Of a stretch of 26,095 nucleotides of DNA, positions 8,301 to 17,506 are shown one piece after another. The translations under genes and the position numbers were made by a program. The stretch lies in IMG/VR virus record IMGVR_UViG_3300031951_001069, positions 1-26,095 of that record; one strand, written 5' to 3'. Below the pieces are notes generated by a model that did not search any database, had not been told where the DNA came from, and saw only the letters and a list, made by a program, of their open reading frames with translations. This DNA comes from a virus. Its lineage: Duplodnaviria; Caudoviricetes. Position 1 is the stretch's first letter, and every line of letters starts with the position of its first letter.

Positions 8301-11300
8301 CCGCTGACGAGAACATCACCTCGATGTTCGATGAGGTCGCTGGTGGTCCGGGCCAGTACAACGAACTGGCTGAGGCTGGCGACTACGACGAACTGGATGC
8401 TGGCTACTCAGCGTGGCTGAGTGCGTCGGAGAACCAGCAACTGCTGAACCTCCGCGCCCAGATAGATGCTGGGGCTGACGTCGGCCAGCAGGTCATCGAC
8501 CTGTACAGCAGGGCGCAGTTCCGTGCAGCCGAGCGCGCAATGCGCGACGGCGACTACGTGGTGATCGTGAACGGCGACGGTTCCGTCTACCGTGTCCACG
8601 ACCTGACCGATGTGGCTGTCGAGGACGTTGACGCTCTCGCCGTCATCAAGCAGGCGAACGCCAAGTACGCCACCCATGTACGGGCCACGGTGTACGGCGA
8701 CATGCTGGACCTTCGCCCTCGTCAGATCACCCTCGAACAGGAGTCGCTGGACGCAGTCCGAGCGGCGACTGCTGAGGACGCGGTCTCCTTCCCCTACGGC
8801 GGGGCTGATCGGCAGGCTCTCGACAAGCACCTTGACTTGCTGTTCCAAGACTTGGGCATCGTCAGCACCCGCAGTTCCACTCTGGGGAAACTGGAGGAGA
8901 TGCACCTCATCCTCGACATGGCCGAGAAGGATCCGTTCTTCAACGAACTCCTCGCATTCAACGCGATGATCAAGCGGCTTAGCATGACCAACCCGCAGAT
9001 GGTGAAGTGGTTCGAGGACAAGGGCCTGCTCATCGACTCGCACGTGGTGAAGTCCGTGGAGAAGATGCTGGCCCGTACACCCAAGAAGCAGAAGGAAGCG
9101 GAGGACGAGTACACCGCTGCCTACGACGAAATGTGGCAGAAGTTGCAGGATCCCGACTTCTGGCGGGACCTGCCTGAGGCCAACGACATCATGGAGTGGG
9201 GCTTCTCCTTCCACGGGGGTACCCGCATCCCGGGTGACCGGATCGCAATCATCCCGCCGAAGACGCAGGAAAACGTCGAGAACCTGCACGGCATGGGCTT
9301 CTACACGACGCAGGATCCCGGAGTGGCGGGCGAGTACATCCTGAACCGTGGCATCAGAGGCGACGGTGAACCTGTCATGTACATGGTTGCTCACGACCCG
9401 GAAGACGAGACCCGATTCCTCAATATGGATGAGGACTACTTCCCCGTCACGTTTGGGCTGGAGACTGACGCTGACTCGTGGGCTCTGGCCGACGAGATGC
9501 GCGGCATCTACGACGACATGGCTGAGTCCCTTGGGCTGGATGTCCGCGCCGATGACAACGTCTGGGGCGAGGTCGAAGAAATGATGCCGATGGCCGCTGC
9601 CGGTGAACTAAACGGGCAGGCGTACGACAATGGCATTGAGACCCTGCGGGTCGCCATGACCTACCACATATCCATCCACTACGCCGAGGCCAAGGGCCTG
9701 ATCGGGGATGCAGCAGACATCGCCAAAATAGGTCGCGGCGACGAACTTGCTGAGGACGGCCTGACTGTTGCCTACGACGTGCAGAAGGCGTGGATGGATG
9801 CGTTTGTGAAGCGCGGCCTTCTCGGCGTTCGGCATGAGGGTGGGTCGCGCACCGGGAACGAAGCCCACAACGTCTTCATCTGGTACGCCGAGCCTGACGA
9901 TCTCGTCCCGATTGAGTCCCTGACTCAGGAGGCGATGGAGGTGCAGCGTCTTCGGAACCGCCTCCACGCCCTGAACGACAAGATCCGGACTGACAAGGGC
10001 AACCTGAAGATTCTGAAGAACGCCACCCCGTTCGATGCAGCACGCATGGACGCCTCCCGCATGGGCGACTTCCATATGCGTGCCATGACCCAGTACATGA
10101 ACGAGTCGGGTCGCGGTGGAGTGTTTCTGCCTGACTCGGCTTCGCCTTCCGGCTACCGCCTCATTGTCAACCCTGACCGCATGTCGGTTGCCTCTGAGTC
10201 TGCCGACACGGTGCTGCCGTCCTCTCTGGTTGGTCGCGACTACGGCGACGACGTCGCTGACCAGATGTGGGGGGAGACCCTGAAGCAGAACACGCGAGTG
10301 TTCAGCGCGGAAGGGATGCACCCGGGTGACCTGTACAACATGACCCGCAACGACGAGGTCTCGAAGTACCTCGCTGGCGAGACCAAGTCGCTGAGCAAGA
10401 AAGGTAAGGTTGCCCTCGCTCGGTGGATGGAGGTCAACAACCACACCCACGTGGCTACCGCCAAGGGTGAGACGAAGACAATCTCCGAACTCATCGGTGG
10501 GAAGCAGACCGGCTCCATGTACGGGGCGATGCTCGACGCTGACGAGATCGCCCAGCGTCAGGTTTTCCTCGCCTCGCAGGACGACACGCTCCAGACCCTG
10601 CTGGCCGAGCGGTCTCAGGTGATGCAGGAAGCGCAGGCTGCACGTGGACGGCTGTCCAAGGCCGAGGAGGAGAACAAGGCTCTGGTCGCCAAGTTGGAGG
10701 CCCGCCTCGGCAAGCGTCGCGCCAAGGGTGGTCAGGTCAAGGCCAAGGTTGGCACAGGTGAGGAGCGGTTCCGCTCCCAGCACCTCGACGATGAACTAAC
10801 TGTCAGCGGTCCCCTGTCTGACGCAGAGCAGGGCCAGATGTGGGCCACGCTGTCGGGCTCCGACCGCCGCGTGATGATGGATCTGATGGGCTACTCCGAC
10901 CGGAACATGCGTCGTCTCCAGAAGACGACCGAGACGAAGAACTTCGTCCCCGGTGAGGACGGCTACTTCGAGGTCCTGTCCGAGCAGATCAACCGCTTCT
11001 GGCGTAACGACCCGGTCATGCAGATGCTGCTGTCCGGGAAGACAGAAGACGAGGTCTTCGACGAACTGATGAAGACGGCCCGTGGTCGTGCATGGGTGCG
11101 GGATCAGGCTGGCGTGGACATGGACAAGGACCTTATCGACGAGGACACGCTGTCCGAGGTCGCGGCAGAGTGGACTCGTGGAGCAATCGAGGAGTCCTCT
11201 TCTGTCATCAACGACTTTGTCCCAGACGGGGAGATGCGCGAGTTCCTCGCCAACAACGACGTCAGCCCGATGTGGCTGCGTCAGCAGTTGGGGTGGCGTG

Positions 11301-13330
11301 GGGATCTGCCCTCGATCCGTGGCTTCCGCTCCGTGCACAAGTCGCAGACGGAGTTCCGTGGCGTCACCTCTGCGGTGATGCACGCGCTGGGTACCGTGCC
11401 GGAGAACCACCTCGTGCGTCATCCGTTCTTCCGCGCCCGCTGGCGCGAGGAGATGCAGCGTCAGGTGGACCTGTTCGGCGAGCAGTTGGGGAAGAAGGGT
11501 GACTGGGACGGTCGCTTCACCGAGGAGCAGATCAGCCGGATGATGCACTCATCTAAGGCCTACGCCCTGAAGCAGACCAACGAGACCCTGTACTCGATCA
11601 CACGCATGAGCACGCCTGCTCATGCCATGCGGTTCATCATGCCGTTCTACCCGGCGTGGTTCTCGTCGATGAAGTACTGGCTGGGCCGTGTCCCTGTGGA
11701 GAACCCGCAGAACATCGTCCGGTACGGCATGGTGTGGAACGCCCCGAACTCGATGGGCATGTACCAAGACGAGAACGGCCAGCCGGTCAAGAGCGCCAGC
11801 CAAGAGGGCAACGGCATCCCAGCCTTCATCGAGAACCTGACCAGTAAGTGGACTGGTGCGGACGACGGCAACATGGTCATCCAGTTGACTCCCGCCATTG
11901 CCGAGAAGATGGCGTTCCTTACGGGTGGCAACTCCACCCTGTCCATCTCCAAGGGCAGCCTTGACGTGCTGCTTCAGGGTGAGACGTTCTTCATCCCCGG
12001 CCTTGGCCCGCTGGTTGCCATGCCGTCCAACTGGATTGCCTCGCTGAAGCCCGACTGGGCAACGACTCTGGAGACTGGCGAACTAACTGGCCCGCTCTAC
12101 GACGCCATCCTCCCCTTCGGCCCCACCAAGGAGAAGGACTTCATCGACGCAGCCACGGAGGCTTGGACTCCGGCTGCGGTGCAGAGGGCCATTCAGGGCA
12201 TGAGGGGCATGGACTCGGCGGCGTTCTCGAACGCCACCAACTCCATCTACCGGGACATGATTGTCGACTGGGAGATCAGTGGACGCACTGGCCCCACTCC
12301 GTCCTTCCTCGACGCTACTGATCAAGCGTCAGACTTCTTCAAGTTCCGCATCGCCGTGTCCCTCACCTCGCCGACTGCTGTCGGCTTCCAGTCGAAGTAC
12401 AAGTTCTACTCTGACGAGTGGCGCAGGATCGAGCGGAAGTTCTACGACCTTCAGGACTCCAACCCGAACGACCCGTCCATCAAGGACGGGGCGAACAAGG
12501 CTGCGCAGAACGAGTTCCTCACCATGTACGGTCCCCAGTTCTACGCCATGACTCAGAGCCTGTCCGGCTCTTCGTCTGGCATGGGTGCCAACGTCGGTGA
12601 GTTCAAGGAGTTCGACGCAAACCCTGAACTGATGGCTGGTCTGGCAAGCATCGGTGATGATGCGTCCTACATCACCATGGCTACTCGACCGTTCGCCAAC
12701 GCCGGGAACGAAGAGGGCTTCGACCCGGCTGTGTACGCATGGCAGTTCAACCGCCACATCGAGGGTGCTCCGAACAAGACCATCAGGGCTGGTGCGACGA
12801 ACCGTCGAGACATGATCCTCGATGTCCATGAGCAGGTTGGCTGGTACGAGTGGAACAAGATCAACGACCAGTTGGAACCGCTGTACGAGGCGAAGCAGAT
12901 CTCCCATGACGTCTACACCGAGGTGAAGCGTCAGGCCGCTCAGGCCATCGGCAAGCAGTACCCGGCGTGGTTCGTGGCCTACAACGATAGTAACGGCTCG
13001 CGTTCCATGGGGTCCGACAAGGCACTGGACACGCTAGTCAACAACAAGCAGTGGATGGACTCTCACGGCGACACCACCTACGCCAAGTCGGTGGTGGAGT
13101 TCAAGTACAACCGGGATGCCATCATCGCTGAACTCCAGCGTCGGGCCACGCTGCCCGACGGTTCGTCCAACATCGAGGCGAAGTCAAACGCGGACCTTGC
13201 TTTGGTCTACGAGGAGTTGGTCAAGTATTGCTCCTCGCTGGATCCCGGCGGTGACTTCATCAACATGCACTCACGGTTCTTCGGCTCTGACAAGTTGAAG
13301 GCCATTCCCGACAAGAAGTACGGAGGCTGA
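5360..13330 (+). CDS. Giant putative internal virion (DNA ejection/polyvalent) protein with embedded ADP-ribosyltransferase-like domain
   Basis: About 2650 aa, largely helical, in the virion operon. ART-PolyVal-like motifs FHGG...HGMGFYTTQDPGVAGEY...GLLGVRHEGG...AHNVFIWY at about 9200-9890. ATG 5360 chosen for coupling with the upstream ORF (track start 5339). Confidence 0.75.
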   Translation: MVRPADDWRATLRPPEPVVEEEKAWWETAVDTVTDAASTGLGFIMGRSQDIGTVQGAGLQHAVNSMTPVAASNGRLTTGSTYAKPLEDPRVLGAGARLGADLRNPALSIAGPVLAPLALTIAALDTGTRALNTGIGGTTLLYQGAIANNTGQLDKAANPLLRDDFQPEDVVQTFKMMWGGDEAVKDGFGNEIIDPATGQPVMVQNSVTAGQAISLTVGRSAQNMIDFVVPGDQWAEWDKAIIADTNAALKDPANSRGLFSWASGLYSEFDIFNYHERESAFNQGAGRWISGASDAAIQWYIGVDVIAAKVAGHAGRSLFTQTFESLGDLDTLATQTAQHAAWKAGQDAAEVTLIDGTVKTVEAQRTAAGQLMESLMKLDAKKVARHEVARASNNGLLVSRVLGNIKDYDTMVKAFRAFAGDVQAMDELFAADAIAMDALKMQKSEIDHYRAIFDMKPEQMMGFSVGDVAGMQARARAAGIDEAAIAQMDEVYQQAVKENAPLRGAIEAFGGRNAGVSDIQFSGLRLSRLQYGPNSVARLEANAEKAANRAISGGNWAVGSYKAGGAFGRPIMVFKSSLGYMKTMRQNGVVNLSDNGDDALDIFAEADAMFGATKMFRVLSRQGTDVTMKARSAADQAEGIKVETVIEFRDDFYRRMVQAKSANERRAVMTWFENRAMEIMAAYYGIERRQLDDIAAKYRDTKTTVVHTLQRHGWFDDNGTIVAMPEAKVALDDLELQSQMAENFYLMDFDWLEKVVRIDKGSFSAKTGKRGDTFAGALDAVWRPLVLMRLGYTQRNVAEGWLRELASYGSIGMLVDRKMGTRGIDESDKALLRWGQQGGRAIDRTFGNAKRLLTHGSLRRAVRELQAGQESASKIHATAVDSEQRLSALDEKIAARRAKVEKQARIEETENRRDIHHTTAGAVWEDIDTEWRGRVDDAMRGGMSVIIPPRFVEPLTKKPRRDRVKVTAFTDEEESFAAQATADENITSMFDEVAGGPGQYNELAEAGDYDELDAGYSAWLSASENQQLLNLRAQIDAGADVGQQVIDLYSRAQFRAAERAMRDGDYVVIVNGDGSVYRVHDLTDVAVEDVDALAVIKQANAKYATHVRATVYGDMLDLRPRQITLEQESLDAVRAATAEDAVSFPYGGADRQALDKHLDLLFQDLGIVSTRSSTLGKLEEMHLILDMAEKDPFFNELLAFNAMIKRLSMTNPQMVKWFEDKGLLIDSHVVKSVEKMLARTPKKQKEAEDEYTAAYDEMWQKLQDPDFWRDLPEANDIMEWGFSFHGGTRIPGDRIAIIPPKTQENVENLHGMGFYTTQDPGVAGEYILNRGIRGDGEPVMYMVAHDPEDETRFLNMDEDYFPVTFGLETDADSWALADEMRGIYDDMAESLGLDVRADDNVWGEVEEMMPMAAAGELNGQAYDNGIETLRVAMTYHISIHYAEAKGLIGDAADIAKIGRGDELAEDGLTVAYDVQKAWMDAFVKRGLLGVRHEGGSRTGNEAHNVFIWYAEPDDLVPIESLTQEAMEVQRLRNRLHALNDKIRTDKGNLKILKNATPFDAARMDASRMGDFHMRAMTQYMNESGRGGVFLPDSASPSGYRLIVNPDRMSVASESADTVLPSSLVGRDYGDDVADQMWGETLKQNTRVFSAEGMHPGDLYNMTRNDEVSKYLAGETKSLSKKGKVALARWMEVNNHTHVATAKGETKTISELIGGKQTGSMYGAMLDADEIAQRQVFLASQDDTLQTLLAERSQVMQEAQAARGRLSKAEEENKALVAKLEARLGKRRAKGGQVKAKVGTGEERFRSQHLDDELTVSGPLSDAEQGQMWATLSGSDRRVMMDLMGYSDRNMRRLQKTTETKNFVPGEDGYFEVLSEQINRFWRNDPVMQMLLSGKTEDEVFDELMKTARGRAWVRDQAGVDMDKDLIDEDTLSEVAAEWTRGAIEESSSVINDFVPDGEMREFLANNDVSPMWLRQQLGWRGDLPSIRGFRSVHKSQTEFRGVTSAVMHALGTVPENHLVRHPFFRARWREEMQRQVDLFGEQLGKKGDWDGRFTEEQISRMMHSSKAYALKQTNETLYSITRMSTPAHAMRFIMPFYPAWFSSMKYWLGRVPVENPQNIVRYGMVWNAPNSMGMYQDENGQPVKSASQEGNGIPAFIENLTSKWTGADDGNMVIQLTPAIAEKMAFLTGGNSTLSISKGSLDVLLQGETFFIPGLGPLVAMPSNWIASLKPDWATTLETGELTGPLYDAILPFGPTKEKDFIDAATEAWTPAAVQRAIQGMRGMDSAAFSNATNSIYRDMIVDWEISGRTGPTPSFLDATDQASDFFKFRIAVSLTSPTAVGFQSKYKFYSDEWRRIERKFYDLQDSNPNDPSIKDGANKAAQNEFLTMYGPQFYAMTQSLSGSSSGMGANVGEFKEFDANPELMAGLASIGDDASYITMATRPFANAGNEEGFDPAVYAWQFNRHIEGAPNKTIRAGATNRRDMILDVHEQVGWYEWNKINDQLEPLYEAKQISHDVYTEVKRQAAQAIGKQYPAWFVAYNDSNGSRSMGSDKALDTLVNNKQWMDSHGDTTYAKSVVEFKYNRDAIIAELQRRATLPDGSSNIEAKSNADLALVYEELVKYCSSLDPGGDFINMHSRFFGSDKLKAIPDKKYGG

Positions 13331-13331
13331 C

Positions 13332-14255
13332 ATGGCAGTGACAGCCGATGATAAGAGCCTTGGTGGTCAGGTCACCGACCCCAACGCACCCACTGGAGGC
13401 TTCCTCAATGGTGCCGCAAACGCGATGGGATTCGATCTCGCTGGTGCTATCGCCAAGGCGCAGGCTGCCGCTGGTGCGGGCACATTGAATGCGTACGACC
13501 CGTACGTCACTCTCGCCCAGCAGCAGACCCGCGTGGGATACCCGACTTTGGTCGGCGTATCCAACGGCAGCCCCGCCTATGTGGGCAGCACCCTAGATCA
13601 GAACGCTGGTGCCAGCACCGCTCAGTACGAAGAACTGCTCGCCCCGGGCTCGTACATCAAGTTCGCAGACGACCCTGTCCGTGAACTGCTGATCAAACTG
13701 CTAGGCAAGAACGAGGAGAAGTACGACGGCTTGTTCCGCTCTGCTGCGGAGCAGGCGGCGTACCTGACATGGAAGACGGGGAAGCCTGTCTCTATCGAGG
13801 ACGTCCTGTCGGGCAACGCCCCGGGCGTCAGCCCCGGCGATCTGGTGAACAAGGCTGGCTCGGACAATGGCTACGGGACAAAGACGAACTCGTACACCAA
13901 CAAGACCGTCAGCCTGTCGAACCGTGGAGAGGCGAACCGCATCGTGGATGCGGCGCTGACCACTGCTCTGGGTCGCCGCGCGACACAGGCTGAGCAGGCG
14001 CAGTTCCTCGGGCTGTTGAACCAGAACCAGCGAGCCAACCCGGAGATCCAGACACAGAACTCCACTGTCACAACGTCGGAGGGTGGGACGTCCTCGTCCT
14101 ACTCCACCACCCAGAAGGGTGGCTTCGACGCGCAGAACTTTGGCGACCAGTACGCCCGTGCACAGGATGGCTACGCGGAGTACCAAGCCGCCACGACGTA
14201 CATGGATGCCTTCGCCCAGACGCTGGCGAAGAAGACTCAGGAGAGGTTGGTGTAA
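13332..14255 (+). CDS. Putative internal virion protein (307 aa)
   Basis: RBS GGAGG. Ala/Gly/Thr/Gln-rich and coupled to the giant gene, consistent with a podovirus core/ejection protein block. Confidence 0.55.
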   Translation: MAVTADDKSLGGQVTDPNAPTGGFLNGAANAMGFDLAGAIAKAQAAAGAGTLNAYDPYVTLAQQQTRVGYPTLVGVSNGSPAYVGSTLDQNAGASTAQYEELLAPGSYIKFADDPVRELLIKLLGKNEEKYDGLFRSAAEQAAYLTWKTGKPVSIEDVLSGNAPGVSPGDLVNKAGSDNGYGTKTNSYTNKTVSLSNRGEANRIVDAALTTALGRRATQAEQAQFLGLLNQNQRANPEIQTQNSTVTTSEGGTSSSYSTTQKGGFDAQNFGDQYARAQDGYAEYQAATTYMDAFAQTLAKKTQERLV

Positions 14256-15670
14256 TGGCGAACCTCAGCAGGAACTGGGAGCAGGCTGCCCAGTGGGCTC
14301 AGCAGGCTTCCAGTTCTGGCAGGACGTGGTCGGGTCTGTGTGACCGCTACGTTGCCAACGTCTACGGTCAGGCTCACTCGGGCTACGAGTCTGCACTGGT
14401 GCACTGGGGCAAGACCCCAGCCAACCTGCGCCGTGACGGTGACCGCAACCCGCCCATCGGGGCACTGGTGTACTGGCGTACCGGCAAGCCCGCAGGCCAC
14501 GTTGCCGTGGTCGTGGGCAAGAACGCCAACGGTGAGCCGCTCATCTCGACGACGCACACCAACGATGGCGTCCCCACCACGATGACCCTCGACGAAGCAG
14601 GGATGCAGTACCTCGGCTGGGCCGTGCCGTACTTCCAAGGCAAGACCGCGAAGTTGGATCCCAACGCGCAGATCGCTCCGTACGATCCGACGGCTCCGCT
14701 GGAGAATAACGGGCTGCCGGATGCAGCCCCCACCTCCACCATCGAGGGTGACTACAACAACGACGGCGTCGTCAACCAGAAGGACAAGACCCTCCGGCAG
14801 GATGACATCTCGTGGGATGTCTTGGAGATGGACTACGAGACCGCATGGCGGGTCGTGGATGGTGTTCCTGAACTTCGCGAGTTGCTGAAGCAGGCGGTGA
14901 AGGAAGGCTGGGACGACAAGAAGTTCAGCATCGAACTCGAAGGCACCAAGTGGTACGGATCTCAGGAATCCTCCTACGCCGCTGAGGCGTGGTTTGCCAA
15001 GGAGAAGGGCGGCAAGAACTGGGAGGATCAGGTCGATCAGGCAGCCGAGACGGTGCAGCGGATCGCTGCCTCGATGGGTGCTGAGATCCCTGACACTGAA
15101 CTTGCAGCATGGGGTGAGCGGTACATCTTCGGCGGTTGGATGAACGACAACCGCAAGGGCATGATGATGGACGAACTGGCCCGGTACATCGACCCCTCGA
15201 AGGGGTCGGCTGCGACGGTCACTGCGAGCCTGAAGAAGCAGGCACTAGACAACGGCATCACCCTTGACGAGGGCTGGTTCAAGGATGTGGCGAAGTCGAT
15301 TGCCCGTGGCGAGTCGGCTTCGACCGACTGGGACATGTGGATCCGAAAGCAGGCTGCTGACAGGAACCCACTGTACGCGGAGCAGTTGATGGCTGGCGTG
15401 ACGATGAAGTCGATCACGTCTCCGTACCGCAGTCGGTACGCAGACCTGATGGGTGAGGACGCGGAGAACATCAGCCTCGACAACCCGGACGTTCAGTCCG
15501 CCATCGGTCAGGTGGACGAGAAGGGCAAGCCCAAGCCGATGAGTTACGCGGACTTCGACACGATGATCCGCAAGAAGCCTGAGTGGTTGAAGACGGAGAA
15601 GGGCAGCAAGGCCTTCATCGCCACTGCCACCCGCATGGCACAGGACTGGGGGTTCATCTCTAATGGCTAA
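14255..15670 (+). CDS. Putative virion-associated peptidoglycan hydrolase (N-terminal CHAP/NlpC-P60-like domain fused to helical internal virion domain)
   Basis: GLCDRYVANVYG...PPIGALVYW...AGHVAVVVG...YLGW gives a Cys/His dyad pattern. TAATG coupling with the upstream gene. Confidence 0.7.
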   Translation: MANLSRNWEQAAQWAQQASSSGRTWSGLCDRYVANVYGQAHSGYESALVHWGKTPANLRRDGDRNPPIGALVYWRTGKPAGHVAVVVGKNANGEPLISTTHTNDGVPTTMTLDEAGMQYLGWAVPYFQGKTAKLDPNAQIAPYDPTAPLENNGLPDAAPTSTIEGDYNNDGVVNQKDKTLRQDDISWDVLEMDYETAWRVVDGVPELRELLKQAVKEGWDDKKFSIELEGTKWYGSQESSYAAEAWFAKEKGGKNWEDQVDQAAETVQRIAASMGAEIPDTELAAWGERYIFGGWMNDNRKGMMMDELARYIDPSKGSAATVTASLKKQALDNGITLDEGWFKDVAKSIARGESASTDWDMWIRKQAADRNPLYAEQLMAGVTMKSITSPYRSRYADLMGEDAENISLDNPDVQSAIGQVDEKGKPKPMSYADFDTMIRKKPEWLKTEKGSKAFIATATRMAQDWGFISNG

Positions 15671-16763
15671 CCAGTACCAGATGGGGATTCGAGTTCCCAC
15701 CACTACTCAGGTCTCGGTTCCCGGTGGACCAGTCGGATACATCCCGACATGGGATCAGGCCAGCACATCCACTGCGACCGCAACTCCCACCTCCGCCGCT
15801 GCCCCTCCCGCTACTCCAGCCAAGACGGCGGAGCAACTGTACTGGGAGAACCGCACTTCACTCGAAGCGGCTGAGGCTACCGCTCAGCGGCTGCGTGATC
15901 AGGAAGCCGTCAAGTCGTTCTTCGACACGTATGGCATGTCTGCCCTGTGGGGCGGTGCGTGGGACTACATCACGCAGGGCTACACCGATCCGAACCAGAT
16001 CGCCATGATGCTGTCGAACAACCCGACCTACCAGCAGGCGTACTACGCCCGCTTCCCTGCGGTGCAGGCTATCCGCGAGGAGAACAAGAAGCGTCTCGCT
16101 GCGGGGCAGCCCCCGAAGCCGGAGCCGAATCCGGCTGCGTACGTCGCACTGGAGGACGGCTACCGCAAGGCCCTCACGGGCCTGCCGGAGGGAATCTGGG
16201 GGGACAGCGGTGACATCACCGAATGGATCCTCGGAGACGTGTCGCCCACTGAGGTGGCCGACCGTGCACAGAAGGCGAAGGACTACATCAACTACTCCGC
16301 CAACGACTCCATCAAGCGAGAACTCCGCGAGGTGTGGGGCATGTCGGACACGGAGATGGCTGCCTACATGCTGGACCCGGACAAGTCCATCGACTACCTG
16401 ACGAAGGAGTACGAGAAGCGTCAGTCGCACGCGACGGTGGAAGCAGCGGGTGAGGACTCTGGCCTCACCCTGTCGGACTCCTTGTACTCACAGGTGGCTG
16501 GCAATGACATGTACGGCAGGTCGTACGGCAACGCTCTCGCTGGCTTCCAGTCAGTGGCTGAGATCGAGGATGCATACAACCGCCTCGGTCGGCTGTCGGG
16601 GATCACAACGAACACAGACGAACTGGTGACTGACCAGTTCGGTCTGGCTGGTGCTGCTGATGCGGCAGCGAAGAAGAAGGGTCTCGCGTCGCAGGAGCGT
16701 GCGCGGTTCTCAGGCCAGTCCGGCCTGAGCAAGAACTCCCTCTCCGCGAAGAGGGCTCAGTAG
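15663..16763 (+). CDS. Putative internal virion protein (366 aa)
   Basis: Overlaps the upstream gene. Helical and Ala-rich, last of the large core-protein block. Confidence 0.55.
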   Translation: MANQYQMGIRVPTTTQVSVPGGPVGYIPTWDQASTSTATATPTSAAAPPATPAKTAEQLYWENRTSLEAAEATAQRLRDQEAVKSFFDTYGMSALWGGAWDYITQGYTDPNQIAMMLSNNPTYQQAYYARFPAVQAIREENKKRLAAGQPPKPEPNPAAYVALEDGYRKALTGLPEGIWGDSGDITEWILGDVSPTEVADRAQKAKDYINYSANDSIKRELREVWGMSDTEMAAYMLDPDKSIDYLTKEYEKRQSHATVEAAGEDSGLTLSDSLYSQVAGNDMYGRSYGNALAGFQSVAEIEDAYNRLGRLSGITTNTDELVTDQFGLAGAADAAAKKKGLASQERARFSGQSGLSKNSLSAKRAQ

Positions 16764-16773
16764 GAGGTATGGC

Positions 16774-16977
16774 ATGACGACTGCGGCAGCACGCGATGAG
16801 TGGGAGCGGGTTCAGGACCGGGCTAACGGCCAGAACAACCCGCTCACAGGCAAGCCGAATCTGACCGTCGCCAACGACGGCGACAAGGATGGTGTGCCGA
16901 AGGCGAAGGATCCGGCGAACATCAAGTCCGGAGAAGACCTCGACGACACCAAGCCCGAGATCGGTGCAAAGCCATGA
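16774..16977 (+). CDS. Small hydrophilic hypothetical protein (67 aa)
   Basis: RBS AGGAGGT and phage-like codon usage. Confidence 0.7.
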   Translation: MTTAAARDEWERVQDRANGQNNPLTGKPNLTVANDGDKDGVPKAKDPANIKSGEDLDDTKPEIGAKP

Positions 16978-17078
16978 GCACTCCCGACCCCGAATACACA
17001 GTAGAGGTTGACCACGACTTCGAGCCCTTCGTTGAGGGCGAGGAGAACGACACTGACGAGGAGGCCACTGATGCGTAA
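16974..17078 (+). CDS. Very small acidic peptide (34 aa, MSTPDPEYTVEVDHDFEPFVEGEENDTDEEATDA)
   Basis: ATGA overlap with the upstream stop. Its own stop overlaps the next ATG, and it carries the GAGGAGG RBS of the next gene. Confidence 0.5.
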   Translation: MSTPDPEYTVEVDHDFEPFVEGEENDTDEEATDA

Positions 17079-17478
17079 GAACGTCAGTGAGGTGATTGCG
17101 TGGCTTGACCATCAGGTCAAGCACCCCACCCAGAACTGGCAGCACATGTGCATGTCCTCCGCCCGTCAGGCGTGGGGGCAGGCACCGTGGGCTCCGTCTG
17201 CTCGACTCGCCTACGCGAGGGTTCCGAAGAACCGGCTGCATCGCAGCCTCCCGAAGGATGTTCCCGCTGGGGCCGTGTGCTTCGGTCTCCTGAACACCAC
17301 CTACGGACACGCTTGGATCTCAGCCGGTAACGGCATGGGCTACTCGGTGGACTACAAGCGTCGAGGCCAGATCGACAAGGTTCCAGTGAACCTTCCGGGC
17401 TGGACGAAGGACCCGAAGGTTACGTGGACTGACTGGTCCCCGTTCGGGGATCTGCCCATTCACAAGCCACATCACTGA
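17071..17478 (+). CDS. Stand-alone CHAP/NlpC-P60-like cysteine peptidase (candidate endolysin or cell-wall hydrolase)
   Basis: WQHMCMSSARQAWG...VPAGAVCF...YGHAWISAGNG Cys/His pattern. RBS GAGGAGG before ATG 17071 (preferred over TTG 17008). Confidence 0.7.
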   Translation: MRKNVSEVIAWLDHQVKHPTQNWQHMCMSSARQAWGQAPWAPSARLAYARVPKNRLHRSLPKDVPAGAVCFGLLNTTYGHAWISAGNGMGYSVDYKRRGQIDKVPVNLPGWTKDPKVTWTDWSPFGDLPIHKPHH

Positions 17479-17506
17479 GCATCGGTAAGAAAGGGCAGTA
17501 ACGGTC

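Noticed and set aside
16974-17478. Programmed frameshift fusing the acidic peptide to the peptidase
   Set aside because: No slippery sequence seen, and the peptidase has its own strong RBS and ATG.
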